The notes beneath the pieces were generated by a model. That model saw only the letters and a list, made by a program, of their open reading frames with translations. It was not told where the DNA came from and did not search any database. Position numbers and translations under genes: made by a program. From Bacteroidia bacterium (GTDB lineage Bacteria > Bacteroidota > Bacteroidia > UBA7662), in the NCBI GenBank assembly GCA_049317645.1, contig JBMOHV010000002.1:1-50992 (forward strand): DNA of 50,992 nt, given 5' to 3'. Below, piece after piece: positions 36,221 to 44,191 of this stretch (its first letter is position 1; each line of letters starts with the position of its first letter).

Positions 36221-39200
36221 CTATTCAGGGGCGTCTTTGCCGTGACAGGATTTGAACTTGCGACCGCTACCGCAGGGGCAAGGGTCGTTGCGGCCAATTT
36301 TGGGGCCAACGCGGAGGGGCGGGGGCGGGGCGGCCGAGGCGGCCTGCGCCGCCGAGGCCGCGGGGGCCGAAGGCCCGGCCGGTGCGGCGGTTCCTGGACC
36401 GTATTCGGCCTTGGTGGCCGTGAGGGCTGGGGAGCCTGCTCCTCCCGTTACCGAGGACCGCCGCGCCGGCGCCGCCCCCGCCACGACCGTCTCTTCGTTG
36501 CCCTGAATGCGGGCCTGGAACAACATCGATAGCAAATCCTGGTAAATCTCCGATAACATCTTCTTGAACATCCCAAAGGACTCCATCTTGTAGATAACCA
36601 GCGGGTCCTTTTGTTCGTAGACCGCGTTTTGGACCGACTGCTTGAGATCGTCCATATCCCGCAAGTGGTTCTTCCATGCCTCGTCGGTCAAGAACAGGGT
36701 CAAGGCCTTTTCGAGCTCCGTCACCACGGCCTGACCACCTGTATCGCTGAGTTTCTGCAATTGAACCCCCAATTGCACCGACCTGCCTGCAAAAGTCACC
36801 GGGATCCCCACCGTTTCCTGAAGACGATCCGGCTGAGCCAACCAATCGCGCAGATGATGCAAAACCGTTTGAATCATGGCGCTTTGGCGACGGTGCAATT
36901 CCTGCTCCACTTGTCCCAGCAACTGCTCCGCCAAGGCAAGGGCCTTGGTGTTCTCAAAATCTTGGCTGCTACCCTCCGGCTGAACCCCAAACAAACGAAG
37001 GCATTCCAGGCTCAGGCTCTCAAAATCCCCCCCGTTCTTGGCGCGCTCAACCGTTTCTTCGACCAAATCAGCGAGCGCATTCATCACATCCCGGTGAACC
37101 CGCTCCCCGTTGAGGGCATTGCGTCGCCGGCTGTAAATAATTTCCCGCTGGGCATTCATCACATCGTCGTATTCCAAGAGGCGTTTGCGCACCCCAAAAT
37201 TGTTTTCTTCGACTTTCTTCTGGGCCCGCTCAATCGATTTGGTGATCATCGAATGTTGAATCACCTCGCCCTCTTTGTACCCAAAACGATCCATGATGTT
37301 CGAAATCCTTTCGGAACCAAAGAGCCGCATCAAATCATCCTCCAGCGAAACAAAGAAAACGGACGAACCCGGATCCCCCTGACGACCTGCACGACCCCTC
37401 AGCTGCCGGTCCACCCGCCGTGATTCGTGACGCTCCGTTCCGATAATCGCCAAACCACCCGCTTCCTGCACCCCGGGGCCCAGTTTGATATCCGTACCAC
37501 GGCCCGCCATGTTGGTGGCAATGGTCACATTGCCAGGGCGACCCGCTTCGGCCACGATTTCGGCTTCGCGCTGGTGCTGCTTGGCATTCAAAACATTGTG
37601 CTTGAGCTTGCGCAATGTCATCATACGGCTTAACAATTCCGAGGTTTCAACCGAAGTCGTTCCCACCAAAACAGGCCGGCCCGCTTCCACCAAACCAGCT
37701 ACCTGATCGATGATGGCGGCGTACTTTTCACGCTTGGTCTTGTAAACCAAATCCTCCTCGTCCTTGCGCACAATCGGGCGGTGGGTCGGTACAACAACCA
37801 CATCCAACTTGTAGATCTCCCACAATTCCCCGGCCTCCGTTTCGGCCGTTCCGGTCATACCGGCCAGTTTGTGGTACATCCGAAAGAAATTCTGCAGGGT
37901 CACCGTCGCAAAGGTTTGGGTGGCCGCTTCAACCTTCACATTTTCTTTGGCTTCGATGGCCTGATGCAATCCATCGGAATAGCGACGGCCGTCCAAAACA
38001 CGTCCTGTTTGTTCATCCACAATTTTGACCTTGTTCTGGTCAACAATGTATTCAATATCCCTTTCAAAGAGGCAATACGCCTTGAGCAACTGATTGATGG
38101 TATGAATCCGCTCGGATTTGATTTGAAAATCCTGCATCAAAACGGTTTTTTGCTCGGCTTTGTCGGAAGCCTCCAAATTGGACTTTTCGATATCCGCAAT
38201 CATCGCACCCACATCGGGTAACACAAAGAAACTGGGGTCTTCACCGCTGGATGTAATATGATCAATGCCTTTGTCGGTTAATTCAATGGAATTGTTTTTT
38301 TCATCAATAACAAAAAACAATTCGGTATCCGCCTTGGGCATTTCTTTTTGCTGATCCTGCAAGTAATAAGACTCGGTTTTGAGCAAAAGGGCTTTGACAC
38401 CGGATTCACTCAGAAACTTAATCAAAGCCTTGTTCTTGGGCAAACCACGGTAAGCCCTGAACAAAGGCAGGCCCGCTTCTTCTAGCTTGTTCTCCCCAAA
38501 TAAGCGGCGCGCATCGGACAAAGCGGTATTCAAGTAACGACGCTGCGCCTCGACCAGCGATTCAATCCGGGGTTTGAGTTGGTGGAATTCGTGATGATCG
38601 CCCCGCGGTACCGGTCCCGATATAATCAAAGGCGTACGGGCATCGTCAATCAAAACCGAATCCACCTCATCCACCATCGCGTAATGATGCTTGCGCTGCA
38701 CCAGGTCATCGACCGCGTGGGCCATGTTATCCCTCAAATAATCGAAGCCAAATTCGTTGTTGGTCCCGTAGGTGATATCGGCCCGGTAAGCCTCCCGACG
38801 GGCCTCCGAATTGGGCCGATGTCGGTCAATGCAATCAACCCGAAGTCCATGAAACTCAAAAATCGGGCCGTTCCATTCCGAGTCACGACGGGCCAAATAA
38901 TCGTTGACTGTAACAATATGCACACCCAGCCCGGTCAACGCGTTGAGGTAGGCAGGCAGGGTCGATACCAAGGTTTTGCCCTCCCCGGTTGACATCTCGG
39001 CGATTTTTCCACTGTGCAAAACCATCCCTCCCAACAACTGCACATCGTAATGAACCATGTTCCAGATCACCTCCGCCCCGGCGGCCATCCAACGGTTTTT
39101 GTAAACCGCTTCGGCGCCTTCAACACGAATAAAATCCTTGGACTGAGCGGCCAGATCCCTATCGTGAGCGGTAGCCGTCACGCGCAGTTCCTCGTTTTGG

Positions 39201-39574
39201 CTGAAACGACGCGCCGTTTCTTTGACCACCGCAAAGGCCTCGGGTAGGATTTGGTCCAGAATCTCTTCCAGCGCCTTGTCCCGCTCCTTGATTGTCTGAT
39301 CGTAGGCTTCAAAGCGGGCGGCCTGTTCCTCGGCCCCTTCCTCGGTCCCTGGCTGGGCCTTGAGCGCCTCCAGTTGTTGGTTCAAAGAATCCAGCCCTTG
39401 AGCGATCCGCTCCCTGAACTCCGTGGTCTTGGCGCGCAATTCATCGTTGCTCAAACCGGTCATCGATTCGCCGAACCGGTTTATTTCTTGAACCCTGGGC
39501 AAAAGGGCTTTGATATCTCTATCGGATTTGTTTCCAAAAAAATTTTGGATCACCTTGTTAAACATTCCAATCAT
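36221..39574 (-). CDS. secA: Preprotein translocase ATPase SecA
   Basis: DEAD-motor signatures (MSTGEGKTLVSTLP, MVDEVDSVLIDDARTPLIISG, TNMAGRGTDIKLG, RQLRGRAGRQGDPG) and the C-terminal zinc motif CPCGSGRKFKSCHG. Confidence 0.95.
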   Translation of the reverse strand: MIGMFNKVIQNFFGNKSDRDIKALLPRVQEINRFGESMTGLSNDELRAKTTEFRERIAQGLDSLNQQLEALKAQPGTEEGAEEQAARFEAYDQTIKERDKALEEILDQILPEAFAVVKETARRFSQNEELRVTATAHDRDLAAQSKDFIRVEGAEAVYKNRWMAAGAEVIWNMVHYDVQLLGGMVLHSGKIAEMSTGEGKTLVSTLPAYLNALTGLGVHIVTVNDYLARRDSEWNGPIFEFHGLRVDCIDRHRPNSEARREAYRADITYGTNNEFGFDYLRDNMAHAVDDLVQRKHHYAMVDEVDSVLIDDARTPLIISGPVPRGDHHEFHQLKPRIESLVEAQRRYLNTALSDARRLFGENKLEEAGLPLFRAYRGLPKNKALIKFLSESGVKALLLKTESYYLQDQQKEMPKADTELFFVIDEKNNSIELTDKGIDHITSSGEDPSFFVLPDVGAMIADIEKSNLEASDKAEQKTVLMQDFQIKSERIHTINQLLKAYCLFERDIEYIVDQNKVKIVDEQTGRVLDGRRYSDGLHQAIEAKENVKVEAATQTFATVTLQNFFRMYHKLAGMTGTAETEAGELWEIYKLDVVVVPTHRPIVRKDEEDLVYKTKREKYAAIIDQVAGLVEAGRPVLVGTTSVETSELLSRMMTLRKLKHNVLNAKQHQREAEIVAEAGRPGNVTIATNMAGRGTDIKLGPGVQEAGGLAIIGTERHESRRVDRQLRGRAGRQGDPGSSVFFVSLEDDLMRLFGSERISNIMDRFGYKEGEVIQHSMITKSIERAQKKVEENNFGVRKRLLEYDDVMNAQREIIYSRRRNALNGERVHRDVMNALADLVEETVERAKNGGDFESLSLECLRLFGVQPEGSSQDFENTKALALAEQLLGQVEQELHRRQSAMIQTVLHHLRDWLAQPDRLQETVGIPVTFAGRSVQLGVQLQKLSDTGGQAVVTELEKALTLFLTDEAWKNHLRDMDDLKQSVQNAVYEQKDPLVIYKMESFGMFKKMLSEIYQDLLSMLFQARIQGNEETVVAGAAPARRSSVTGGAGSPALTATKAEYGPGTAAPAGPSAPAASAAQAASAAPPPPLRVGPKIGRNDPCPCGSGRKFKSCHGKDAPE

Positions 39575-39617
39575 GAAAGGGGGGGGTCTCGTTACGGGTT
39601 CCTAAAGTCGGTTTCTA

Positions 39618-39637
39618 AGGGGGCAAAGTTACCCCCT
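39618..39637 (-). promoter_or_regulatory. Candidate secA promoter: a perfect Bacteroidota -7 box (TAACTTTG, 39631..39624) forming the loop of a 6-bp inverted repeat
   Basis: The plus strand reads AGGGGG-caaagtta-CCCCCT. The loop is the reverse complement of TAnnTTTG and lies ~50 nt upstream of the secA ATG. Confidence 0.4.
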
Positions 39638-39666
39638 GAAAGGAGCAGGAAATTACGAATTTGTTC

Positions 39667-39674
39667 TAATTTTG
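39667..39674 (+). promoter_or_regulatory. Candidate Bacteroidota -7 promoter box TAATTTTG for the riboswitch/receptor transcript
   Basis: Perfect TAnnTTTG a few nt upstream of the first paired riboswitch nucleotides. No clear -33 TTG was seen. Confidence 0.45.
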
Positions 39675-39675
39675 C

Positions 39676-39766
39676 CGCATCACGGGGTGCCTCCATCAAC
39701 GTTTCGGGGGCTGAGATCATACCCATTGAACCTGTCGGGGTCATGCCCGCGTAGGGAAGATGACTG
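39676..39766 (+). promoter_or_regulatory. TPP (THI-box) riboswitch
   Basis: GCATCAC-GGGGTGCC...GGGCTGAGATCATACCCATTGAACCTGTCGGGGTCATGCCCGCGTAGGGAAGATGAC contains the conserved GGGGUGC, CUGAGA, ACCC..GAACCUG and GCG.AGGGA blocks in the right order. CATC/GATG can close P1. Confidence 0.85.
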
Positions 39767-39779
39767 CCTTCATGGGCAT

Positions 39780-39804
39780 GGGTCGGCTCCGGACCCGGTT
39801 TTTT
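39780..39804 (+). terminator. Putative intrinsic terminator (riboswitch expression platform)
   Basis: GGGTC-ggctccg-GACCC hairpin followed by GG and TTTTTT. It sits between the aptamer and the receptor ATG at 39830. Confidence 0.5.
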
Positions 39805-39829
39805 GTTCCGTTCAAACCCAAAAAACCCC

Positions 39830-42364
39830 ATGAGCACCCTCCTAAAACGCCTTGTTCTTGCCGCCATCGTCCTCGTTGGGCCTTCGATGATCCCTCCAGC
39901 CCTGGGACAAACCGCTCCAACATCCTCTTCAACGTCCCCTTCAACGTCCCTTTCTACGTCCCCTTCAACCCCCCTTCAAGGCCGCGTTGTCGATCCCCAA
40001 GGTCGATCCCTGGCCGGCGCCACCCTGCTTTGGGAGGGAACCGCGAGGGGTACTTCCACCAACAACCAAGGTGAATTTGTCCTGGAAAGACCTTTGGGAG
40101 CCCAAAAACTCTTGGTTCGTTATGTTGGCTACCAACCCCTGCGCATGGAGATTCCCTTGGGAGCCAACAGCGATTTCGGCCTGGATACCTCTCGAAATTG
40201 GGTCTTGCAACTGCAGCCCTCGATCTTGATGCGGGAAGAGGTGGTCGTCACGGCCGGTCATGTTCTGCCAGGAACCCCGGTCACCTCCACCCGAATGGAT
40301 GCCGACGAATTGCGCAAACAAAACACCGGACAGGACATGCCGTATGTTTTGCAATTTCAACCCTCCACCCTGGCCTCCTCCGATGCAGGCGCTGGTATCG
40401 GTTACACCAATTTGCGAATACGCGGTTCGGATATGACCCGCATCAATGTGACGCTCAACGGGGTTCCGGTCAACGACGCCGAATCCCATGGTTTGTTCTG
40501 GGTCAACATGCCCGATTTGACCTCCTCGCTCAGCTCCGTCCAAATCCAGCGCGGGCTGGGCAGCAGCACCAACGGATCCTCTGCCTTTGGAGCCAGCATT
40601 CACCTCGAAACCCACAGCGAAACGGACAGCCCTGGCATAGGCCTGCGGGTGGGCGGAGGTAGCTTTGGTACTCAAATTCAAAGCTTTACCGCCAACACCC
40701 TTTCCCCTTCCGGAGCCTGGTCTGCCCAGGTCCGCGCCTCCCGCATCCTTTCCAACGGCTATGTCGACCGCTCGGGCAGCAGTCTTTATTCCTTGGCCGC
40801 GTCCCTCGCTTACAAGACCCGTAACACCATCCACCGCTGGTCGGTTCTTTCGGGTCGCGAAAAAACAGGCCAGGCCTGGTACGGCGTATTGGCTACCGAA
40901 TGGAAAGACAACCCCCGCTTCAATTACGCGGGCCTCTTCACCAACGATTCAGGGCAAACGGCTTTTTACCCTAACCAAACCGATAACTACCGACAAGACC
41001 ACTGGCAATATTCCATCAAACACCGACGTCCATCGGGATGGTCCATTCATAACACTTTCTTTTATACGCGGGGCTACGGGTATTACGAAGAATATGCGGT
41101 CGGTCAAGCCTTGGCTGATTACGGCCTTCCACCCGTCCGCACCGGCAGCGATAGCCTCGTCGTGCTGGCAACCCATTCGGACCTCATCCGCCAACGTTGG
41201 CTGGACAACCACTTTGTGGGGCAAATCCTTCAGGCTCAGTACCGAGGCTGGACGCTCGGGGCCCAGGTTCAGCGCTATACCGGATGGCATTTTGGCCGCG
41301 TCCAATGGACCCGCGTTGGGGCCCTCAGCCTGCCGGAACACGAATATTACCGCAACCGGGCCATCAAAAGCGAAGTTTCGGCCTTCGCCAAAAAACAAAC
41401 CCCGCTCAGCCGCGACGGAAGGCTTCAATGGTATGGGGACCTCCAATGGAGGGGAATCCATTACCAACTTATCGGAGAAGGCGGAGATGGACAGCCCCGT
41501 CCTATTGAAAAATATTTTAACTTTTTGAATCCCAAAACGGGTCTTCATTTTCAAGCCGACGAACGCTGGTCTCATTACGCCTACCTCGGTCTGGGCCATC
41601 GGGAACCGGTTCGGGACGACTTTACAGCGGCCTACGGACCCACCGATAGCAATACCATCTTGGTCGCCTATCCCTATCCCCGCCCCGAACGCATGGCCAA
41701 CCTCGAATGGGGTTCCCAATACCTAGGCAAAAGAACCCGCTTGGTCTCCAATTTTTTTTGGATGGAATACCAAAATCAATTGTTACTCACCGGCCGCATC
41801 AACGACGTCGGCGCCTTTACCCGCATCAATGTTCCGCGCTCTCGCCGCCTGGGATGGGAGTTTCAAATCGAATACGATATCCACCCTCAACATCGATTGC
41901 AGGCGCAGGGTACCCTGTCCCGAAACCGCGTGAATCGTTTTGCTGAATATGTTAATAATCAATTTGTTGCAGAACGAATCGGAACGCCTTTGGCCTTGTC
42001 TCCCGAACAAATGCTGGGGGCGGCTTGGACCTGGAAACCCCTTCGAAATTTGGAGGTCTTATGGAACCTGCAATGGGTCGGACGACAATACCTGGACAAT
42101 TCAGGAGACCGAAAGCGAAGCCTCGATCCTTATTCGGTTCATCAACTCCAAATAAAATGGAACGGACCTATGTTATGGAATCGTTTGCTGAAATCCCAAA
42201 ACGAAAGCCTGCAATTTCGCATTGTCAACCTCCTCAACCACCGCTACGCCGGCCACGGTTATACCTACGGTTACCTCAACGATATCGGAGTACCCGTCAC
42301 CGACAGCTATGTTTTCCCCCAGGCTCCGCGTTATTTCTTGCTCACCTATCAACTGGGGTTGTAA
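39830..42364 (+). CDS. TonB-dependent receptor (CarboxypepD_reg + plug + barrel), presumably for thiamine or a thiamine precursor
   Basis: Signal peptide MSTLLKRLVLAAIVLVGPSMIPPALGQ, an S/T/P linker, GRVVDPQGRSLAGATLLWEGT...VRYVGYQ (CarboxypepD_reg), a plug (YTNLRIRGSDMTRINVTLNGVPVND), and a terminal ...YFLLTYQLGL. The substrate is inferred only from the upstream TPP riboswitch. Confidence 0.8.
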   Translation: MSTLLKRLVLAAIVLVGPSMIPPALGQTAPTSSSTSPSTSLSTSPSTPLQGRVVDPQGRSLAGATLLWEGTARGTSTNNQGEFVLERPLGAQKLLVRYVGYQPLRMEIPLGANSDFGLDTSRNWVLQLQPSILMREEVVVTAGHVLPGTPVTSTRMDADELRKQNTGQDMPYVLQFQPSTLASSDAGAGIGYTNLRIRGSDMTRINVTLNGVPVNDAESHGLFWVNMPDLTSSLSSVQIQRGLGSSTNGSSAFGASIHLETHSETDSPGIGLRVGGGSFGTQIQSFTANTLSPSGAWSAQVRASRILSNGYVDRSGSSLYSLAASLAYKTRNTIHRWSVLSGREKTGQAWYGVLATEWKDNPRFNYAGLFTNDSGQTAFYPNQTDNYRQDHWQYSIKHRRPSGWSIHNTFFYTRGYGYYEEYAVGQALADYGLPPVRTGSDSLVVLATHSDLIRQRWLDNHFVGQILQAQYRGWTLGAQVQRYTGWHFGRVQWTRVGALSLPEHEYYRNRAIKSEVSAFAKKQTPLSRDGRLQWYGDLQWRGIHYQLIGEGGDGQPRPIEKYFNFLNPKTGLHFQADERWSHYAYLGLGHREPVRDDFTAAYGPTDSNTILVAYPYPRPERMANLEWGSQYLGKRTRLVSNFFWMEYQNQLLLTGRINDVGAFTRINVPRSRRLGWEFQIEYDIHPQHRLQAQGTLSRNRVNRFAEYVNNQFVAERIGTPLALSPEQMLGAAWTWKPLRNLEVLWNLQWVGRQYLDNSGDRKRSLDPYSVHQLQIKWNGPMLWNRLLKSQNESLQFRIVNLLNHRYAGHGYTYGYLNDIGVPVTDSYVFPQAPRYFLLTYQLGL

Positions 42365-42791
42365 CAAGCAAGCCGTTGGGGTCGATCATTCGACGACAAT
42401 AGTCTTTGATCTGATCCCGGACCGAATCAAAGGCCACCTGGATTTCCTCCGGGGTTCCTTGGGCCTTGGCGGGGTCCGGGAAACGTTGGTGCAGGCGAAC
42501 CGTTGGGGCGCCCTCTTTGCTGGGAAGAATGGGGCAATTTTCCTGGGCGTTATCGCAGACCGTTAGCACCAAATCAAAGACCATGGCGGCGTATTCATCC
42601 ACCAGCGTTGATTTTTGGCCCGAAATATCCACGCCGTCCCTGGCCATGCTGGCCACCGCCCGAGGATTGATTCCGTGGGCCTCAATGCCAGCGCTGTAGA
42701 CATCCACCGAAGCATCGGCGTATTTCCGAAGGTACCCTTCGGCCATTTGGGAACGGCAACTATTCCCTGTACACAAAACCAGTATTTTCAT
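42342..42791 (-). CDS. arsC: Arsenate reductase, thioredoxin-coupled LMW-PTP type
   Basis: MKILVLCTGNSCRSQMAEGYLRKY...VYSAGIEAHGINPRAV...TVCDNAQENCP aligns by eye with B. subtilis ArsC, including the CX5R P-loop and both downstream Cys residues (Cys82/Cys89 equivalents). Confidence 0.85.
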   Translation of the reverse strand: MKILVLCTGNSCRSQMAEGYLRKYADASVDVYSAGIEAHGINPRAVASMARDGVDISGQKSTLVDEYAAMVFDLVLTVCDNAQENCPILPSKEGAPTVRLHQRFPDPAKAQGTPEEIQVAFDSVRDQIKDYCRRMIDPNGLLVTTPVDR

Positions 42792-43040
42792 AAATTAGGT
42801 TGTTATAGGCATTGCATGATGAACTCTCTTTCCCAAAACCTAAACCAACAACCAAATCAAATTAATTAAGGTGAACTTTGGATCAAAACCAAAAACAATT
42901 TGTAATACAATGAGGGATGTTGTAATAACAATCGGTTTTTTGTACTTATTGATTTGCTGTGGTACCTGAATCATGGTTTGAGCTTTGGAGTGGTTGTACT
43001 TTGTTTTATTGAAACCTATTTTCTTAAAACGATTGGAACC

Positions 43041-43544
43041 TTAGCAACAACCGCTACCCGGCTTGCAACGACCCACAACGGGGGCCTGGGACATTGGTTG
43101 GGGTATGGCCTCTTCAACGGGGCTCATCGAGCTCGAGGTTTCCTCCAAAATGGGCACCCCACAGCGATCCTGGGCCAAGCAATTGGTTTGCAGGGGCTGC
43201 AGAGCAAGAACACCCTCTATGATTTCCACGCCGTACCTTTCGATGGTCTTCCCCTGGTATTCGATCTCCACTTCGTGGTTATCCCATTCCATCCAGTCCT
43301 CTGATTCACGAACAATGCGCAAGAGTTTGGAAGGATCCAAACGATGATCCACATCGCCAGCGACCCATAACTGAAGTTGAATGCGGCGCTCCAAGCGGTG
43401 AGTGCCTCCGCAATCCACGAAACGACGTGTCATTAAGGCGACTTCGGTAACATGGGCATGGGCGGGGACAAAACTTCCATCTGGCAAGGCCCAACGAAGT
43501 TCGCTCAGCGTGGCAAGGGTCTGAAGAAAGGACTGAATTTTCAT
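43041..43544 (-). CDS. DUF6428-like protein of ars operons (function unknown), with a Cys-rich C-terminus
   Basis: ...FVPAHAHVTEVALMTRRFVDCGGTHRLERRIQLQLW...HRL...EIEYQG... and the terminal CKPGSGCC match my recollection of the DUF6428 family, which is encoded beside arsR in Bacteroidota. The family number is from memory and is not verified. Confidence 0.6.
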   Translation of the reverse strand: MKIQSFLQTLATLSELRWALPDGSFVPAHAHVTEVALMTRRFVDCGGTHRLERRIQLQLWVAGDVDHRLDPSKLLRIVRESEDWMEWDNHEVEIEYQGKTIERYGVEIIEGVLALQPLQTNCLAQDRCGVPILEETSSSMSPVEEAIPQPMSQAPVVGRCKPGSGCC

Positions 43545-43567
43545 GGTTACAACAATAAATATATATT

Positions 43568-43590
43568 TTGTTTGGTCAAATTGTTTGGTC
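43568..43590. repeat. Two copies of TTGTTTGGTC with 13-bp periodicity
   Basis: ttgtttggtc (43568-43577) aaa ttgtttggtc (43581-43590), in the 81-bp arsR/DUF6428 spacer. Confidence 0.7.
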
Positions 43591-43625
43591 CATCAAATCG
43601 GGGGCTTTCTACGGCTTTTTGGGTC

Positions 43626-43961
43626 TTAAACACAACCTTTTTGGGAACAGGCTTCGGTTTGTTCGTGCATTTGATGCAAGTAATTGCGGAGCATTTCGGT
43701 GAGCTCGGGGTTCACCCAATAACAGATGGATTGACCGGCGATGTCCCCAACAATGAATCCAACGGATTGAAGAATGCGCAGGTGCCGAGAAACGGTGGGT
43801 TGAGCCAGTGGCAATTCATGCACCAAATCACCGGCGATGCAGCGATCCTGCGCCAAGAGATGTTCCACAATGGCCAAGCGAGCGGGATGACCCAAGGCCT
43901 TGAAAACATCCGCCCTTTGGAGAAGGGTCGGGGGGTAATGCTCGGTTTTGGTGAGTCCCAT
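43626..43961 (-). CDS. arsR: ArsR/SmtB-family metalloregulator
   Basis: VFKALGHPARLAIVEHLL...CIAGDLVHELPLAQPTVSRHLRILQSVGFI is the winged-HTH core of ArsR. Start taken at ATG 43961 (MGLTKTEH...); the track ORF extends upstream through the promoter region. Confidence 0.85.
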   Translation of the reverse strand: MGLTKTEHYPPTLLQRADVFKALGHPARLAIVEHLLAQDRCIAGDLVHELPLAQPTVSRHLRILQSVGFIVGDIAGQSICYWVNPELTEMLRNYLHQMHEQTEACSQKGCV

Positions 43962-44015
43962 GGCTTCAAATGGTTGAGAATGATCGAGGGCTGCGTCGCT
44001 GGATGTTTTGGAATG

Positions 44016-44023
44016 CAAAGATA
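44016..44023 (-). promoter_or_regulatory. Candidate arsR -7 promoter box (TATCTTTG on the minus strand)
   Basis: Plus-strand caaagata is the reverse complement of a perfect TAnnTTTG. It lies ~55 nt upstream of the arsR ATG and overlaps the palindrome cluster. Confidence 0.45.
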
Positions 44024-44047
44024 TTGCTAAATAGCAATATTGCAATA
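44021..44047. promoter_or_regulatory. Cluster of overlapping ATTGC/GCAAT palindromes (candidate ArsR operator)
   Basis: ATATTGCTA-aa-TAGCAATAT (9-2-9 inverted repeat, 44021-44040), GCAATATTGC (44034-44043) and TATTGCAATA (44038-44047). Confidence 0.55.
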
Positions 44048-44050
44048 CAA

Positions 44051-44083
44051 GGCCTTGGATTCTTTGAAAATGGCCTTGGATTC
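44051..44083. repeat. 12-bp direct repeat GGCCTTGGATTC x2 with a 21-bp period
   Basis: Exact copies at 44051-44062 and 44072-44083, in the arsR/VIT divergent intergenic region. Confidence 0.7.
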
Positions 44084-44191
44084 CTCGGAGGTCGCTTTTC
44101 TTCAAATAAATAAAGCTTTGACTGCGTTCCGATTGCATCTTCGTGACATAACAAGGCCTTTCAACCCTCGCTCCACTTAAACCCTGGCCCC

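Noticed and set aside
39592-39867. 91-aa minus-strand ORF in the secA/TonB-receptor intergenic region.
   Set aside because: It overlaps the TPP riboswitch, the terminator and the receptor start on the opposite strand. The riboswitch explains the conservation-like structure better.
42954-43304. 116-aa plus-strand ORF spanning the ars gap and the DUF6428-like gene.
   Set aside because: It is mostly antisense to the DUF6428-like CDS. The remainder is AT-rich spacer, and there are no motifs.
44100-44191. Possible yybP-ykoY (Mn) riboswitch upstream of the VIT1/CCC1 transporter.
   Set aside because: The conserved GGGGAGUAG and GAGACC-type blocks are absent from the leader, and there is no convincing four-way junction.
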